The translations under genes and the position numbers were made by a program. Source: Actinomycetota bacterium (GTDB lineage Bacteria > Actinomycetota > UBA4738 > HRBIN12). Taken from it: 47,546 bases of DNA. The DNA lies in contig JBAVEY010000016.1 of the NCBI GenBank assembly GCA_049587975.1, forward strand, positions 1 through 47,546, read 5' to 3'. The notes under the pieces are model-generated. The model was not told where the DNA came from, did not search any database, and worked only from the letters and a program-made list of their open reading frames with translations. Positions 9,420 to 17,575 of this stretch are shown one piece after another (the first letter of the stretch is position 1; the number at the start of each line of letters is the position of its first letter).

Positions 9420-9926
9420 ATGCCCGGAGACCTCGCTCAGCGACTGATCGCGGCCTCGGAGCTCCACGGCGACTTCGTGCTCTCGTCCGGACGACGCTCG
9501 AACGTCTACTTCGACAAGTTCCGCTTCCTCACGGACCCGACCCTGTTGAGGGACACCGCGAAGGCGGTCGCCGAGCTGTTGCCCGACGGCATCACCCATC
9601 TGGCGGCACCGGAGGGCGCCGCGACGCTGCTGGTCGCCGCCGTCGCGCTCGAGACCGGCCTGCCGGTCGCGATCGTGAGGAAGGAACCGAAGGCCTACGG
9701 AACGATGTCGCAGCTCGAGGGGCACGCACCGGCCGGCGCGGTGGTGGCGCTCGTCGAGGACGTCTCGACGACGGGAACCCAGGTCCGCTCGGCGGCAACC
9801 GTGTTAGAAGCGGCCGGCTGCAACGTGGGCATCATCGTGCTCGCGATCGACCGGGGAGGCGCGGGACACCTACGCGAGGTTGGCTACCGGGTGAAGTCGG
9901 TCGTCGAGGTGCGCCCGAGCGGTTGA
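9420..9926 (+). CDS. pyrE: orotate phosphoribosyltransferase
   Basis: PRPP-binding loop VVALVEDVSTTGTQ and GDFVLSSGRRSNVYFD. ATG 9420 is used; an in-frame ATG 9408 is the alternative. Only the last ~170 codons of ORF 7389..9926 are real. Confidence 0.85.
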   Translation: MPGDLAQRLIAASELHGDFVLSSGRRSNVYFDKFRFLTDPTLLRDTAKAVAELLPDGITHLAAPEGAATLLVAAVALETGLPVAIVRKEPKAYGTMSQLEGHAPAGAVVALVEDVSTTGTQVRSAATVLEAAGCNVGIIVLAIDRGGAGHLREVGYRVKSVVEVRPSG

Positions 9927-9932
9927 GCCCGT

Positions 9933-10691
9933 CTACAGGACGGCGGTGAGACGGCCGTCCTTCGGCATCTCGCAGCGCCAGACCTGCAGACGCCAGAGCA
10001 TCCGGCTCCCCCTCGTCCGGACGTCCACGATGCCGTCCCGCATCATCTGCGCGACCGCCTTGGACCTGGCGACCACCTCGGGCAGCGGAAACTCCCGGGA
10101 CAGGAGGGACTGCAGGTTGGCAGAGCCGAAGATGCGTCGGGCGACCTCGAGGATCTTGCTCTCGGCCTGGATCGTTCCGGTCGGCAGGTAGAGATGGCCA
10201 CCGGGCGCGAGGCAGTCGTTCTCGCGGATGCTCTCGAGCATCGCGGCGGGCAGCTCGGCGCCCGTCGGCCCGCCGGCGTGGCCGTCGGGGAACCAGCCGG
10301 CGAGCCGGCCGATCTCGTCGGGGATGCCCGAGACGTCGCCGATGATCACGTCCGCCTGCTCCCCGCGGAGCGGATCGAGCAGGTTCCCGCTGCGGAACTC
10401 CACGTCGTCCTGCAGGCCGAGACGCACGGCGTTCTCCTTCGCCACCTCGACGGCCTGCTCGGACAGGTCGGTCCCGATGACCCGCTTCGCGCCCAGCCGG
10501 GCCGCGACGAACGAGAGCACCCCGCTGCCGCACCCGACGTCGATCACGGTGTCCTCGGGCCGGATCTCGAGCGCCTCGGCGATGGTCCGGCTCGTGTGGG
10601 TCGGGTGGAAGACGCCCGTGCCGAGCGAGACGGTGAAGGGGCCGGTCCGCCCCTTCCATTCCAGCATGGTCTCCCCCGGCTGATCGCCCAT
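9933..10691 (-). CDS. class I SAM-dependent methyltransferase
   Basis: SAM motif I VIDVGCGSGVLS, motif II acidic residue in VIGTDLS, and motif IV-like IIGDVSGIP. The start is uncertain (ATG 10691 or 10667). Confidence 0.75.
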   Translation of the reverse strand: MGDQPGETMLEWKGRTGPFTVSLGTGVFHPTHTSRTIAEALEIRPEDTVIDVGCGSGVLSFVAARLGAKRVIGTDLSEQAVEVAKENAVRLGLQDDVEFRSGNLLDPLRGEQADVIIGDVSGIPDEIGRLAGWFPDGHAGGPTGAELPAAMLESIRENDCLAPGGHLYLPTGTIQAESKILEVARRIFGSANLQSLLSREFPLPEVVARSKAVAQMMRDGIVDVRTRGSRMLWRLQVWRCEMPKDGRLTAVL

Positions 10692-10742
10692 GCCCCTATG
10701 GTCGCTCGCGCTGAAGGGGGCCGTCAACCGCTCCGCGCCAGG

Positions 10743-11234
10743 TCAGACGCGCGGGGGCACGAACACGGCGTCCTCGCCGGGCCGGACCTCACCCGACTCG
10801 ACGGCGTCGGCGAGCGAGTCGGCCGCTTCCGCGACGGCGGCGGTGGCGACCCCCCGATGGCCCGACGGGTAGGCGCTGATCCGCCCCGATGCTCGCCGGA
10901 GCAACCGCATCGCGCCGTGGGCGTTGCCCCGGAGCAGGTGGACGTAGCCCGCGCCGAGCTGGGACAGGCCTTTGAAGAACTCGGCGTCGGGCGTGTCGCG
11001 GGACTGCTTCCAGGCGGTCTCCCAAGCCTCGTGGGCCGGGAAGAATCGGCCGGCGTTCAGGTGCTCGCGACCGAGGCGGTGGTTCTCCTCGACGGTGAGC
11101 GAGTCGAAGTCCTCGAGCTCGAGCGCGTTCTCGGCGTCCCACGGCTGTGGGCGACCGAGCAGATCACGGGGCCGGGTCGGCTTGTTCCGCGTCTCGGTCG
11201 GCCGCCCCGTCTTGCCCTGCGCGTCTTCCGGCAT
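10743..11234 (-). CDS. DUF309 domain protein
   Basis: Contains LNAGRFFPAHEAWETAWK ... FFKGLSQLGAGYVHLLRGN, the DUF309 pattern. ATG 11234 (MPEDAQG). Confidence 0.7.
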   Translation of the reverse strand: MPEDAQGKTGRPTETRNKPTRPRDLLGRPQPWDAENALELEDFDSLTVEENHRLGREHLNAGRFFPAHEAWETAWKQSRDTPDAEFFKGLSQLGAGYVHLLRGNAHGAMRLLRRASGRISAYPSGHRGVATAAVAEAADSLADAVESGEVRPGEDAVFVPPRV

Positions 11235-11323
11235 CCACCCATCGTAGGGGCCGCGGATCGGCCCGTCCGGCTCTGACCCGTCCGATGCTGGCGCCCCCGC
11301 ACGACGGCCGATACGCTCCCCCG

Positions 11324-12601
11324 ATGGATCCGGCCGCCGCGCAGGAGCCGCCGGCCGACCCGCGGGCCGTCGGCACAGCGGGAGCCCCCCTCGCCGACGC
11401 GCAGACACGCGGAGCCGAGGAAGTGGGCTCCCGCCCCGATGACGCGGGCAGCAGCATGCCCGCGTGGATCCCGCGACTGCTCCTCGCGGTGATCATCGCG
11501 GTCTTCGCGGCCTACGCCGCGTTCAGCCTCATCAGGCGGCTCCAGCATCTCCTGCTGTGGCTGATCGCGGCGCTGTTCCTCTCCTTCGCGCTCGAGCCGG
11601 CCGTGAACTGGCTCGTGAGACGCGGATGGCGGCGAGGCATGGCGGCGGCCGTCGTCCTGCTCGGGCTCGGACTGCTCGGCCTGGTGAGCCTCGCGCTCAT
11701 GGTCCCGCTGGTGATCGACCAGGTGCAGGAACTGGTGCGGCGTCTCCCCGAATGGCTGGATCAGGCGAGCGTCTACACGAAGCGATGGTTCGACGTGGAG
11801 CTGACGAGCGGCAAGATCCTGCGCAACATCGCGAGCGCGCAGGCGAACATCCAGCAGATCGCGGCGAACCTCGCCTCCGTCGGCGCGTTCGTGCTCGGGC
11901 TTCTGTTCCAGGTGCTCACGATCGGCCTGTTCACCTTCTACCTCGTGGCCGACGGTCCGAGGTTCCGACGCGGCGTGTGCTCGTTGCTGCCTCCGCGCTA
12001 CCAGCGGGAGATCCTGACCGCTTGGGACGTCGCGATCGACAAGACCGGTGGCTACCTCTACTCGAGGCTCCTGCTGGCGGTCGTGAACACCACGTTCTCC
12101 TACATCGTGTTGCAGGCGCTCGGGATCCCGTTCGCGCTCCCCCTCGCCCTGTGGCAGGGGTTCGTGTCCCAGTTCATCCCCGTCGTAGGCACCTACATCG
12201 CGGCGGCGATCCCATTGCTCGTCGCGCTGCTGGAGGATCCGTGGAAGGCGCTGTTCTTCCTGATCTTCGTGCTGATCTACCAGCAGATCGAGAACTACCT
12301 GCTGGCGCCGCGGATCACCGCGCGCACGATGCAGCTGCATCCGGCCGTCGCGTTCGGCGCGGCGCTCGCCGGTGGATCGATCGGCGGACTGATGGGCGCG
12401 TTCATGGCGTTGCCGGCCGCCGCGGTCATCCAGTCGACCGTCTCCACGTACCTGACCCGGCACGAGGTCGTGGAGAACGAGCTCACGAAGGAGGACGAGA
12501 TCGCCGGCGCGCAGGACACGCCCGACCCCGAGCGGCAGGGCAGGTCCGAGGAGGGGATCTTCGGCCGGCTCTCGTCGAGGTGGCGGCGCGAAGGGACCTG
12601 A
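11324..12601 (+). CDS. AI-2E family transporter (PerM/UPF0118)
   Basis: Multi-TM protein with typical AI-2E organisation and a conserved C-terminal region (IENYLLAPRITARTMQLHPAVAFGAAL). The start is uncertain (ATG 11285, 11324 or 11456). Confidence 0.8.
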   Translation: MDPAAAQEPPADPRAVGTAGAPLADAQTRGAEEVGSRPDDAGSSMPAWIPRLLLAVIIAVFAAYAAFSLIRRLQHLLLWLIAALFLSFALEPAVNWLVRRGWRRGMAAAVVLLGLGLLGLVSLALMVPLVIDQVQELVRRLPEWLDQASVYTKRWFDVELTSGKILRNIASAQANIQQIAANLASVGAFVLGLLFQVLTIGLFTFYLVADGPRFRRGVCSLLPPRYQREILTAWDVAIDKTGGYLYSRLLLAVVNTTFSYIVLQALGIPFALPLALWQGFVSQFIPVVGTYIAAAIPLLVALLEDPWKALFFLIFVLIYQQIENYLLAPRITARTMQLHPAVAFGAALAGGSIGGLMGAFMALPAAAVIQSTVSTYLTRHEVVENELTKEDEIAGAQDTPDPERQGRSEEGIFGRLSSRWRREGT

Positions 12602-12604
12602 GCC

Positions 12605-13294
12605 TCAGCCTTCGGGCGAGCGGTCGCGCCTGGTCCGGACGCGCGACACCGCGACGGCGACCACGGTGACGAGGTAGAGCTGGCCCGTCAGCCCCTCGAC
12701 GGCGGCGAGCATCCGGGGCATCGGGTTCGCGGCGGTGAAGTCGCCGTAGCCGACGGTCGCGAGCGTCACGAAGCTGAAGTACGTGAAGTCGACGGGTTGG
12801 GCGTCCTTGGTCTGCACGAAGAACGGCTCGCCGCTCGTCACGGCGATCATGATGAAGGTGGCGGCGAACGTCATGCCGATCAGCAGGTACACGCACAGCA
12901 ACCCCAGGATCGTACGGCCGCTCACGAACGGCTCCATCACGATCCGGCGGCCCAGCACGACGATGGCGGCCGCGGGGAGGAGGAGGTTCATCGTGGCAGC
13001 GATCATCTCGGCTGTCTTCGAATCGCCCAGGCGTCCGACGATGCCGAGGACGACGGCGATCGGGACCAGGACGATCGCGAACCGCCACGCGCGCCGTCCG
13101 GCCCGGGCGACCAGGAACGCGAACAGCAGCACGCCGCCCTGCACGAAGGTCGCCGCGATCCTCAGCCACGTCGTGTTCGCGGCCGACAGGATGAGCGACA
13201 CCAAGATGAGCAGGAACAGCATCCCGTAGCGGTCGGCCCAGCGGGCCTCCTCGGCGGTGAAGGTCTCGTCGGGACGTTCGTGTTCGCCGGCCAC
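12605..13294 (-). CDS. potassium channel family protein
   Basis: Pore helix plus selectivity filter FVTLATVGYGDF, with multiple TM helices. GTG start at 13294. Confidence 0.8.
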   Translation of the reverse strand: MAGEHERPDETFTAEEARWADRYGMLFLLILVSLILSAANTTWLRIAATFVQGGVLLFAFLVARAGRRAWRFAIVLVPIAVVLGIVGRLGDSKTAEMIAATMNLLLPAAAIVVLGRRIVMEPFVSGRTILGLLCVYLLIGMTFAATFIMIAVTSGEPFFVQTKDAQPVDFTYFSFVTLATVGYGDFTAANPMPRMLAAVEGLTGQLYLVTVVAVAVSRVRTRRDRSPEG

Positions 13295-13404
13295 CGGCGA
13301 ACGGTACTACGGCAAACTCCTTCGACGAGCGAGCCTGCGGGTCGACAGGTCGAGCGCTTCGGACGCACAATCGCTCGGCCCGCGAGCCGTCGAAGGAGGC
13401 ACGG

Positions 13405-13551
13405 ATGAGCAGCCTCGCCATCTCCGATCCCCACCGGTTCCCGATCGGAACGATCCCCACGCTCTGCGCCGACGCGCTCCGGCAGGCCGGCCGGAGGCAT
13501 CCTTGGCCCCCGATCGCGATGGCCCGGTCGGGCGCTTCGGCGGCCGGCTAG
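13405..13551 (+). CDS. possible 48-aa upstream ORF preceding the VIT1 gene
   Basis: ATG 13405 lies 5 nt after a strong SD (GAAGGAGG). GC3 is high. The TAG stop at 13549-13551 is 12 nt before the VIT1 ATG. I recognise no homology. Confidence 0.25.
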   Translation: MSSLAISDPHRFPIGTIPTLCADALRQAGRRHPWPPIAMARSGASAAG

Positions 13552-13563
13552 ACCCACGCCGAC

Positions 13564-14388
13564 ATGGCCTCCCCGGATCGACTCTCCGAGCAAGATCGCA
13601 AGACCAAGGCGCACCTGAGCGCGCTGTCCTCCGTCGTGCGGCGGTTGCGCGGACGTCAGTGGCGCGTCGTCCCCCATCCCGGTCCGATCGGGGGCGAGCA
13701 GCGCGTGGGCGGCAAGTCGGGTGCGCTGCGGGCGGCGATCTTCGGCGTGAACGACGGGCTCGTGTCGAACCTGTCGTTGATCTTCGGCGTCGCGGGCGCC
13801 GGCGTCGCCAACGACGTGGTGATCATCGCCGGCATCGCCGGCCTGCTCGCCGGCGCCTTCTCGATGGCGGCCGGCGAGTACATCTCGGTGCGCGTGCAGC
13901 GCGAGGTGTACGAACGGTTGATCCACCTCGAGGCGCACGAGATCGGCTCCGACCCGGAGGCCGAACGCCTGGAGCTTCTCGAGCTGTACGTCCGCAAGGG
14001 CCTGCCCCGCGATCTCGCCGACCGGCTCGCCACCGAGCTCATGAGGGACCCCGAGACCGCGCTCGACACCCACGCACGTGAAGAGCTGGGGCTCGATCCG
14101 CGCGAGGGGCTCGGCTCGCCGTTCGCCGCGGCGGGGTCGTCGTTCGTGACCTTCTGCCTTGGGGCGTTCGTTCCGCTCCTGCCGTTCCTCGTGACCTCGG
14201 GCACGCCCGCCGTCGTCGCCTCGGCGATCCTCTCGGGGATCGCGCTGTTCGGGGTGGGCGCGGCGATGTCGTACCTGACCGGGCGGTCGTGGCTGCTGTC
14301 GGGCTCGCGGATGCTCGCCGTCGGCGCATCGGCAGCCGCCGTCACGTTCCTCGTCGGCAAGCTGCTCGACGTCAGCGTCCTCAGTTAG
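13564..14388 (+). CDS. VIT1/CCC1 family iron/manganese transporter
   Basis: Contains FGVNDGLVSNLSLIFGVAG, a central acidic helix region (ELLELYVRKGL) and C-terminal TM helices. Confidence 0.8.
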   Translation: MASPDRLSEQDRKTKAHLSALSSVVRRLRGRQWRVVPHPGPIGGEQRVGGKSGALRAAIFGVNDGLVSNLSLIFGVAGAGVANDVVIIAGIAGLLAGAFSMAAGEYISVRVQREVYERLIHLEAHEIGSDPEAERLELLELYVRKGLPRDLADRLATELMRDPETALDTHAREELGLDPREGLGSPFAAAGSSFVTFCLGAFVPLLPFLVTSGTPAVVASAILSGIALFGVGAAMSYLTGRSWLLSGSRMLAVGASAAAVTFLVGKLLDVSVLS

Positions 14389-15067
14389 TCGCCTGCAGCG
14401 CCGACGCAGCGAGGCCGTCCGCGACGACCAGCTGGTCGACGGTCCAGACGCGACCCGCGGGGATCCCGACGTCACCGGCGAGCAGACGCGGCAGCATCGG
14501 GGCCTTGTCCGCGCCCGTGATCAGCCACAGGACCTGGCGCGCGCGGTCGAGGACCGGATACGTCACCGTCATCCGGCGCAGCCCCCGGTACTCGCCGGTC
14601 AGGGCGACGTCTCGATCCGTCTCCTCGAGCACCGGGTCGCCGGGGACCAGGGACGCCGTGTGCCCGTCGTCGCCCATCCCGAGGTGGACGAGATCGAACA
14701 CGTCCGGCAGCGATCGCGCGTACCGCTCGGTGGCGGGGTCGAGGTCCTCTTCGGTGACCGGCATCGGGCGCAGATCGGCCTCCCGCGGGATCACGGGCAG
14801 GAGGCTCGTCAGGTTCCGTTCGGGGTCGCCGTCCGGGGCGATCCGCTCGTCCACCTGCCAGATCCCGACCCGGTCCCACGGCACGTCCTCGTCGGCGAGG
14901 TCGCGGAACATCGCCCACGGCGACCGACCGCCGCTCACCGCGAACGTGAAGCGCCCCCGCGTCTCGATCGCCTCGCGGGCCGACTCGGCGACGAGGTCCG
15001 CCGCCCGGCGAGCGACCGCGTCCGCGTCCGGCAGCACCTCGAGGACCCGGGCCGGCGGGGGGGTCAC
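14381..15067 (-). CDS. pgl: 6-phosphogluconolactonase (DevB/Pgl family)
   Basis: Contains FTFAVSGGRSP, IWQVDERIAPDGDPERN and HLGMGDDGHTASL. GTG 15067 overlaps the MarR stop (GTGA). Confidence 0.8.
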   Translation of the reverse strand: MTPPPARVLEVLPDADAVARRAADLVAESAREAIETRGRFTFAVSGGRSPWAMFRDLADEDVPWDRVGIWQVDERIAPDGDPERNLTSLLPVIPREADLRPMPVTEEDLDPATERYARSLPDVFDLVHLGMGDDGHTASLVPGDPVLEETDRDVALTGEYRGLRRMTVTYPVLDRARQVLWLITGADKAPMLPRLLAGDVGIPAGRVWTVDQLVVADGLAASALQATN

Positions 15068-15546
15068 GCCTCCTCCAACCCCTCCCCGCCGCCCACCAGG
15101 AGCTCGAGGGAGTCCCGGAGCGCCTCGTAGCGGCGCTCGCCGAGCTCGCGTCGCGCCCGCGCCTCGACCGCGGCCACCGCTCGTCGCGCCTCCGCCACGA
15201 ACCGCCGGCCCCGGGCCGTGAGCCTCACCATCTTCGCCCGCGAGTCCTCGGCGTCCGGCACGCGCCGGACGTACCCGCGCGTCTCGAGATCGTCCACCAG
15301 CAGCATCATCCCTTGTTTGGTCATCCGGGCGCGTCGAGCGAGATCGGTCAGACGCGTTCCCCAGCGACGATCGATGTGCATGAACAGCGCCGCGTGACCG
15401 GGGCGGGCGTCGGGGAACCCGCGCTCCTGCAGGCCGGCGACGATCTCCGCGCCGAGCACGCGCGAGGCCTCGAGCAGCAAGCGGGACAGGTCGGGTTCGC
15501 CCACGGCTCGCATCGTCATCGGTTCCCCGTCGACCGTCAACCTCAT
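15064..15546 (-). CDS. MarR family transcriptional regulator
   Basis: Winged HTH (LTDLARRARMTKQGMMLLVDDLETRGYVRRVPDAEDSRAKMVRLT). The start is ATG 15546 or 15519. Confidence 0.85.
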   Translation of the reverse strand: MRLTVDGEPMTMRAVGEPDLSRLLLEASRVLGAEIVAGLQERGFPDARPGHAALFMHIDRRWGTRLTDLARRARMTKQGMMLLVDDLETRGYVRRVPDAEDSRAKMVRLTARGRRFVAEARRAVAAVEARARRELGERRYEALRDSLELLVGGGEGLEEA

Positions 15547-15576
15547 TGACGGCCGGACGAGCGGTACCCTGCCCGG

Positions 15577-16074
15577 ATGGCGTTCGAGGTTCGCCCCGCG
15601 CGACCGGAGGAGCATGACGAGGTGGGGCGCGTCACCGCGCTCGCCTACCGCGAGTTCGCCGACAGCGAGTCCTGGGAGCGATACCTCGGGGTCATCGCCG
15701 ATGTCGACGCACGGGCTCACGTGGGTGTCGTGCTGGTCGCGGTCGAGGAGGGCCGGATCCTCGGCAGTGCCACGGTGGAGCTGCACGAGCGGATCGAGGA
15801 CGACGACCCCCCGCTTCCGGAGGACCAGGCCGAGATCCGGATGCTCGGGGTCGACCCGGCCGAACGCGGCCGCGGCATCGCTCGGGCGATCATGGACGCG
15901 TCCTTCGAGTGGGCGGCGAGGGCCGGGAAGACCCGGATGAGGCTGCACACGACGCAGCGCATGAAGGTCGCGCAGGCGATGTACCGGTCCATGGGGTTCG
16001 AGCGGCTCCCCGACCGCGTGTTCCCCGACGGGTTCGTCCTGCTCACCTACGAGAAGCCGATCCCACTCGGCTGA
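15577..16074 (+). CDS. GNAT family N-acetyltransferase
   Basis: Acetyl-CoA motif A LGVDPAERGRGIARAIM. Divergent from the MarR gene with a 30-bp spacer. Confidence 0.85.
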   Translation: MAFEVRPARPEEHDEVGRVTALAYREFADSESWERYLGVIADVDARAHVGVVLVAVEEGRILGSATVELHERIEDDDPPLPEDQAEIRMLGVDPAERGRGIARAIMDASFEWAARAGKTRMRLHTTQRMKVAQAMYRSMGFERLPDRVFPDGFVLLTYEKPIPLG

Positions 16075-16102
16075 TCGGTCCCGATCGGCAACGTTCGGGC
16101 CA

Positions 16103-17474
16103 TCACGGCATCGCGAACGGCGCGGGCACCATGTCGGCGACACAGTTCGTGTCAAGGTCGTCGACCGACCCCGCGTCGAAGAACGCCGCCACCACGGCCG
16201 GGAGGCAGCCACGGGTCCCGACCGTGTGGCCGAGTGCCGGGACGGGGACCACGAGGCTGTTCGGAAGTTCGACCGGAGCGTCCGCTACGTTGGACGGAGG
16301 ATCCTGGGGATCCTCGGCCCCGTTCAGGAGCAACACGGGAACGGTGGAGCGGACGGGGGCGGCATCGCCCGGCGGCAGGGACGCTTGGGGCATCGCGCTG
16401 CACGCCAGCGCCCACGCCCGAGCTACGCCGAGCTCGGACCGAAGGAGGTAGGACCCGGTCCCGACCTTGGCGGTCCTCGACTGATCGAATCGTGCCCAGC
16501 CCTCGGAGCAGACGATCGACCAGAACATCACGAGGTTCGTCGCCTCCGTGTGCGGATCGACGCTCGTCTCCGCGACCCGTTCCGCGACGGCCCCGTACCT
16601 GCCCACCGCCGCCTCGTGGATCACCAGCGGGACGTCGGCGCTGTCGCTCACGACGAGGAGCTGATGGATCTCGTTCGCCAGCGTGCGGGCGTCGAGGACG
16701 ATGCGATCGTGTGTCCACGGGTCCCACACCTGGGTCTTGACCGGGTGCCTCGCGAGCCGTGCCATCGCAGTCGCCAGCTCGCCGGCGGGGTCGGGGAACG
16801 CGGTCCGGCACGAGGCGTCCGCGGCACACCGCGCGAACACCGAGTCCAGGGCGTCCCGGCTCCGGTCCGCGATCGCCTCGAAGATCGGCACGTCGAGTAG
16901 CGTCCCGCCGTCGAGCACCACCGCTCGCACGTGCGATCCATGTTCACGGAGGTAGTACTGGGCGAGCGTGGCGCCGTAGGACGCCCCGTACAGGTCGATG
17001 CGGTCGTACCCGAGCGCGGCCCGGACGTCGTCGATGTCGTCCGCTGCCTGCGGGCTCGCGTAGGAACGCGGGTCCGCGTCGAGCCCCTCGAGGGCGTCCT
17101 CGGCCGACCGGAGCCTCGCCCGGATCTGCCGAACGGACAGGCCGGAGAGGTGTCGGGGGTCTCGGGCACCTCCAACGGGTTCGAGACGCCCGTTCCCCGC
17201 TGGTCCACGAGGACGATGTCTCGACGAGCGTGGACCCCCGGGAACATGCTGGCGGCCGTCGCCCACCCCTGCGTAGCCGCCTCGCCGGGTCCGCCAGCCA
17301 GGAAGAAGACCGGGTCCGGCTCGGGGTTGGGGTCCGCGGCCGGGACCACCATGACGTTCAGCTCGATCGATCGCCCGGAGGGATCGGTCCGATCCTCCGG
17401 CACGTCGTAACGGCGTTGCAGGCGGACAGTGCGACAAGTGCGGTCGCCAACAGCCAGATCCTGATCGATCTCAC
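16103..17474 (-). pseudogene. alpha/beta hydrolase lipoprotein (tripeptidyl-aminopeptidase-like), read in three frames
   Basis: GTG 17474 lies 6 nt after the SD GGAGGG and gives the lipoprotein signal VRSIRIWLLATALVALSAC. The N-domain FFLAGGPGEA...VLVDQRGTGVSNPLE is in the frame of ORF 16648..17520. The nucleophile elbow LYGASYGATLAQYY and the C-terminus are in the frame of ORF 16103..17437. Confidence 0.7.
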
Positions 17475-17575
17475 GATCGTCCCTCCGGATCGAGGGTTCC
17501 ACGTCGTCGCTCGCGCGCACGGGGCCGACCGGGCCCGTCCGATCGGGTCGAACGCAGGGGGGTGCTCCCGGCGGC

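Noticed and set aside
13295-13404. Metal riboswitch (for example yybP-ykoY) ahead of the VIT1 transporter
   Set aside because: I could not identify the conserved riboswitch core or a convincing multi-helix fold by eye. A covariance-model search would be needed.
16648-17520. ORF 16648..17520 (290 aa) as an independent gene
   Set aside because: Only its middle part has hydrolase N-domain sequence. Its N-terminus lacks a signal peptide or SD, and its C-terminal half is Arg/Pro/Ser-rich. It is better explained as one frame of the disrupted hydrolase.
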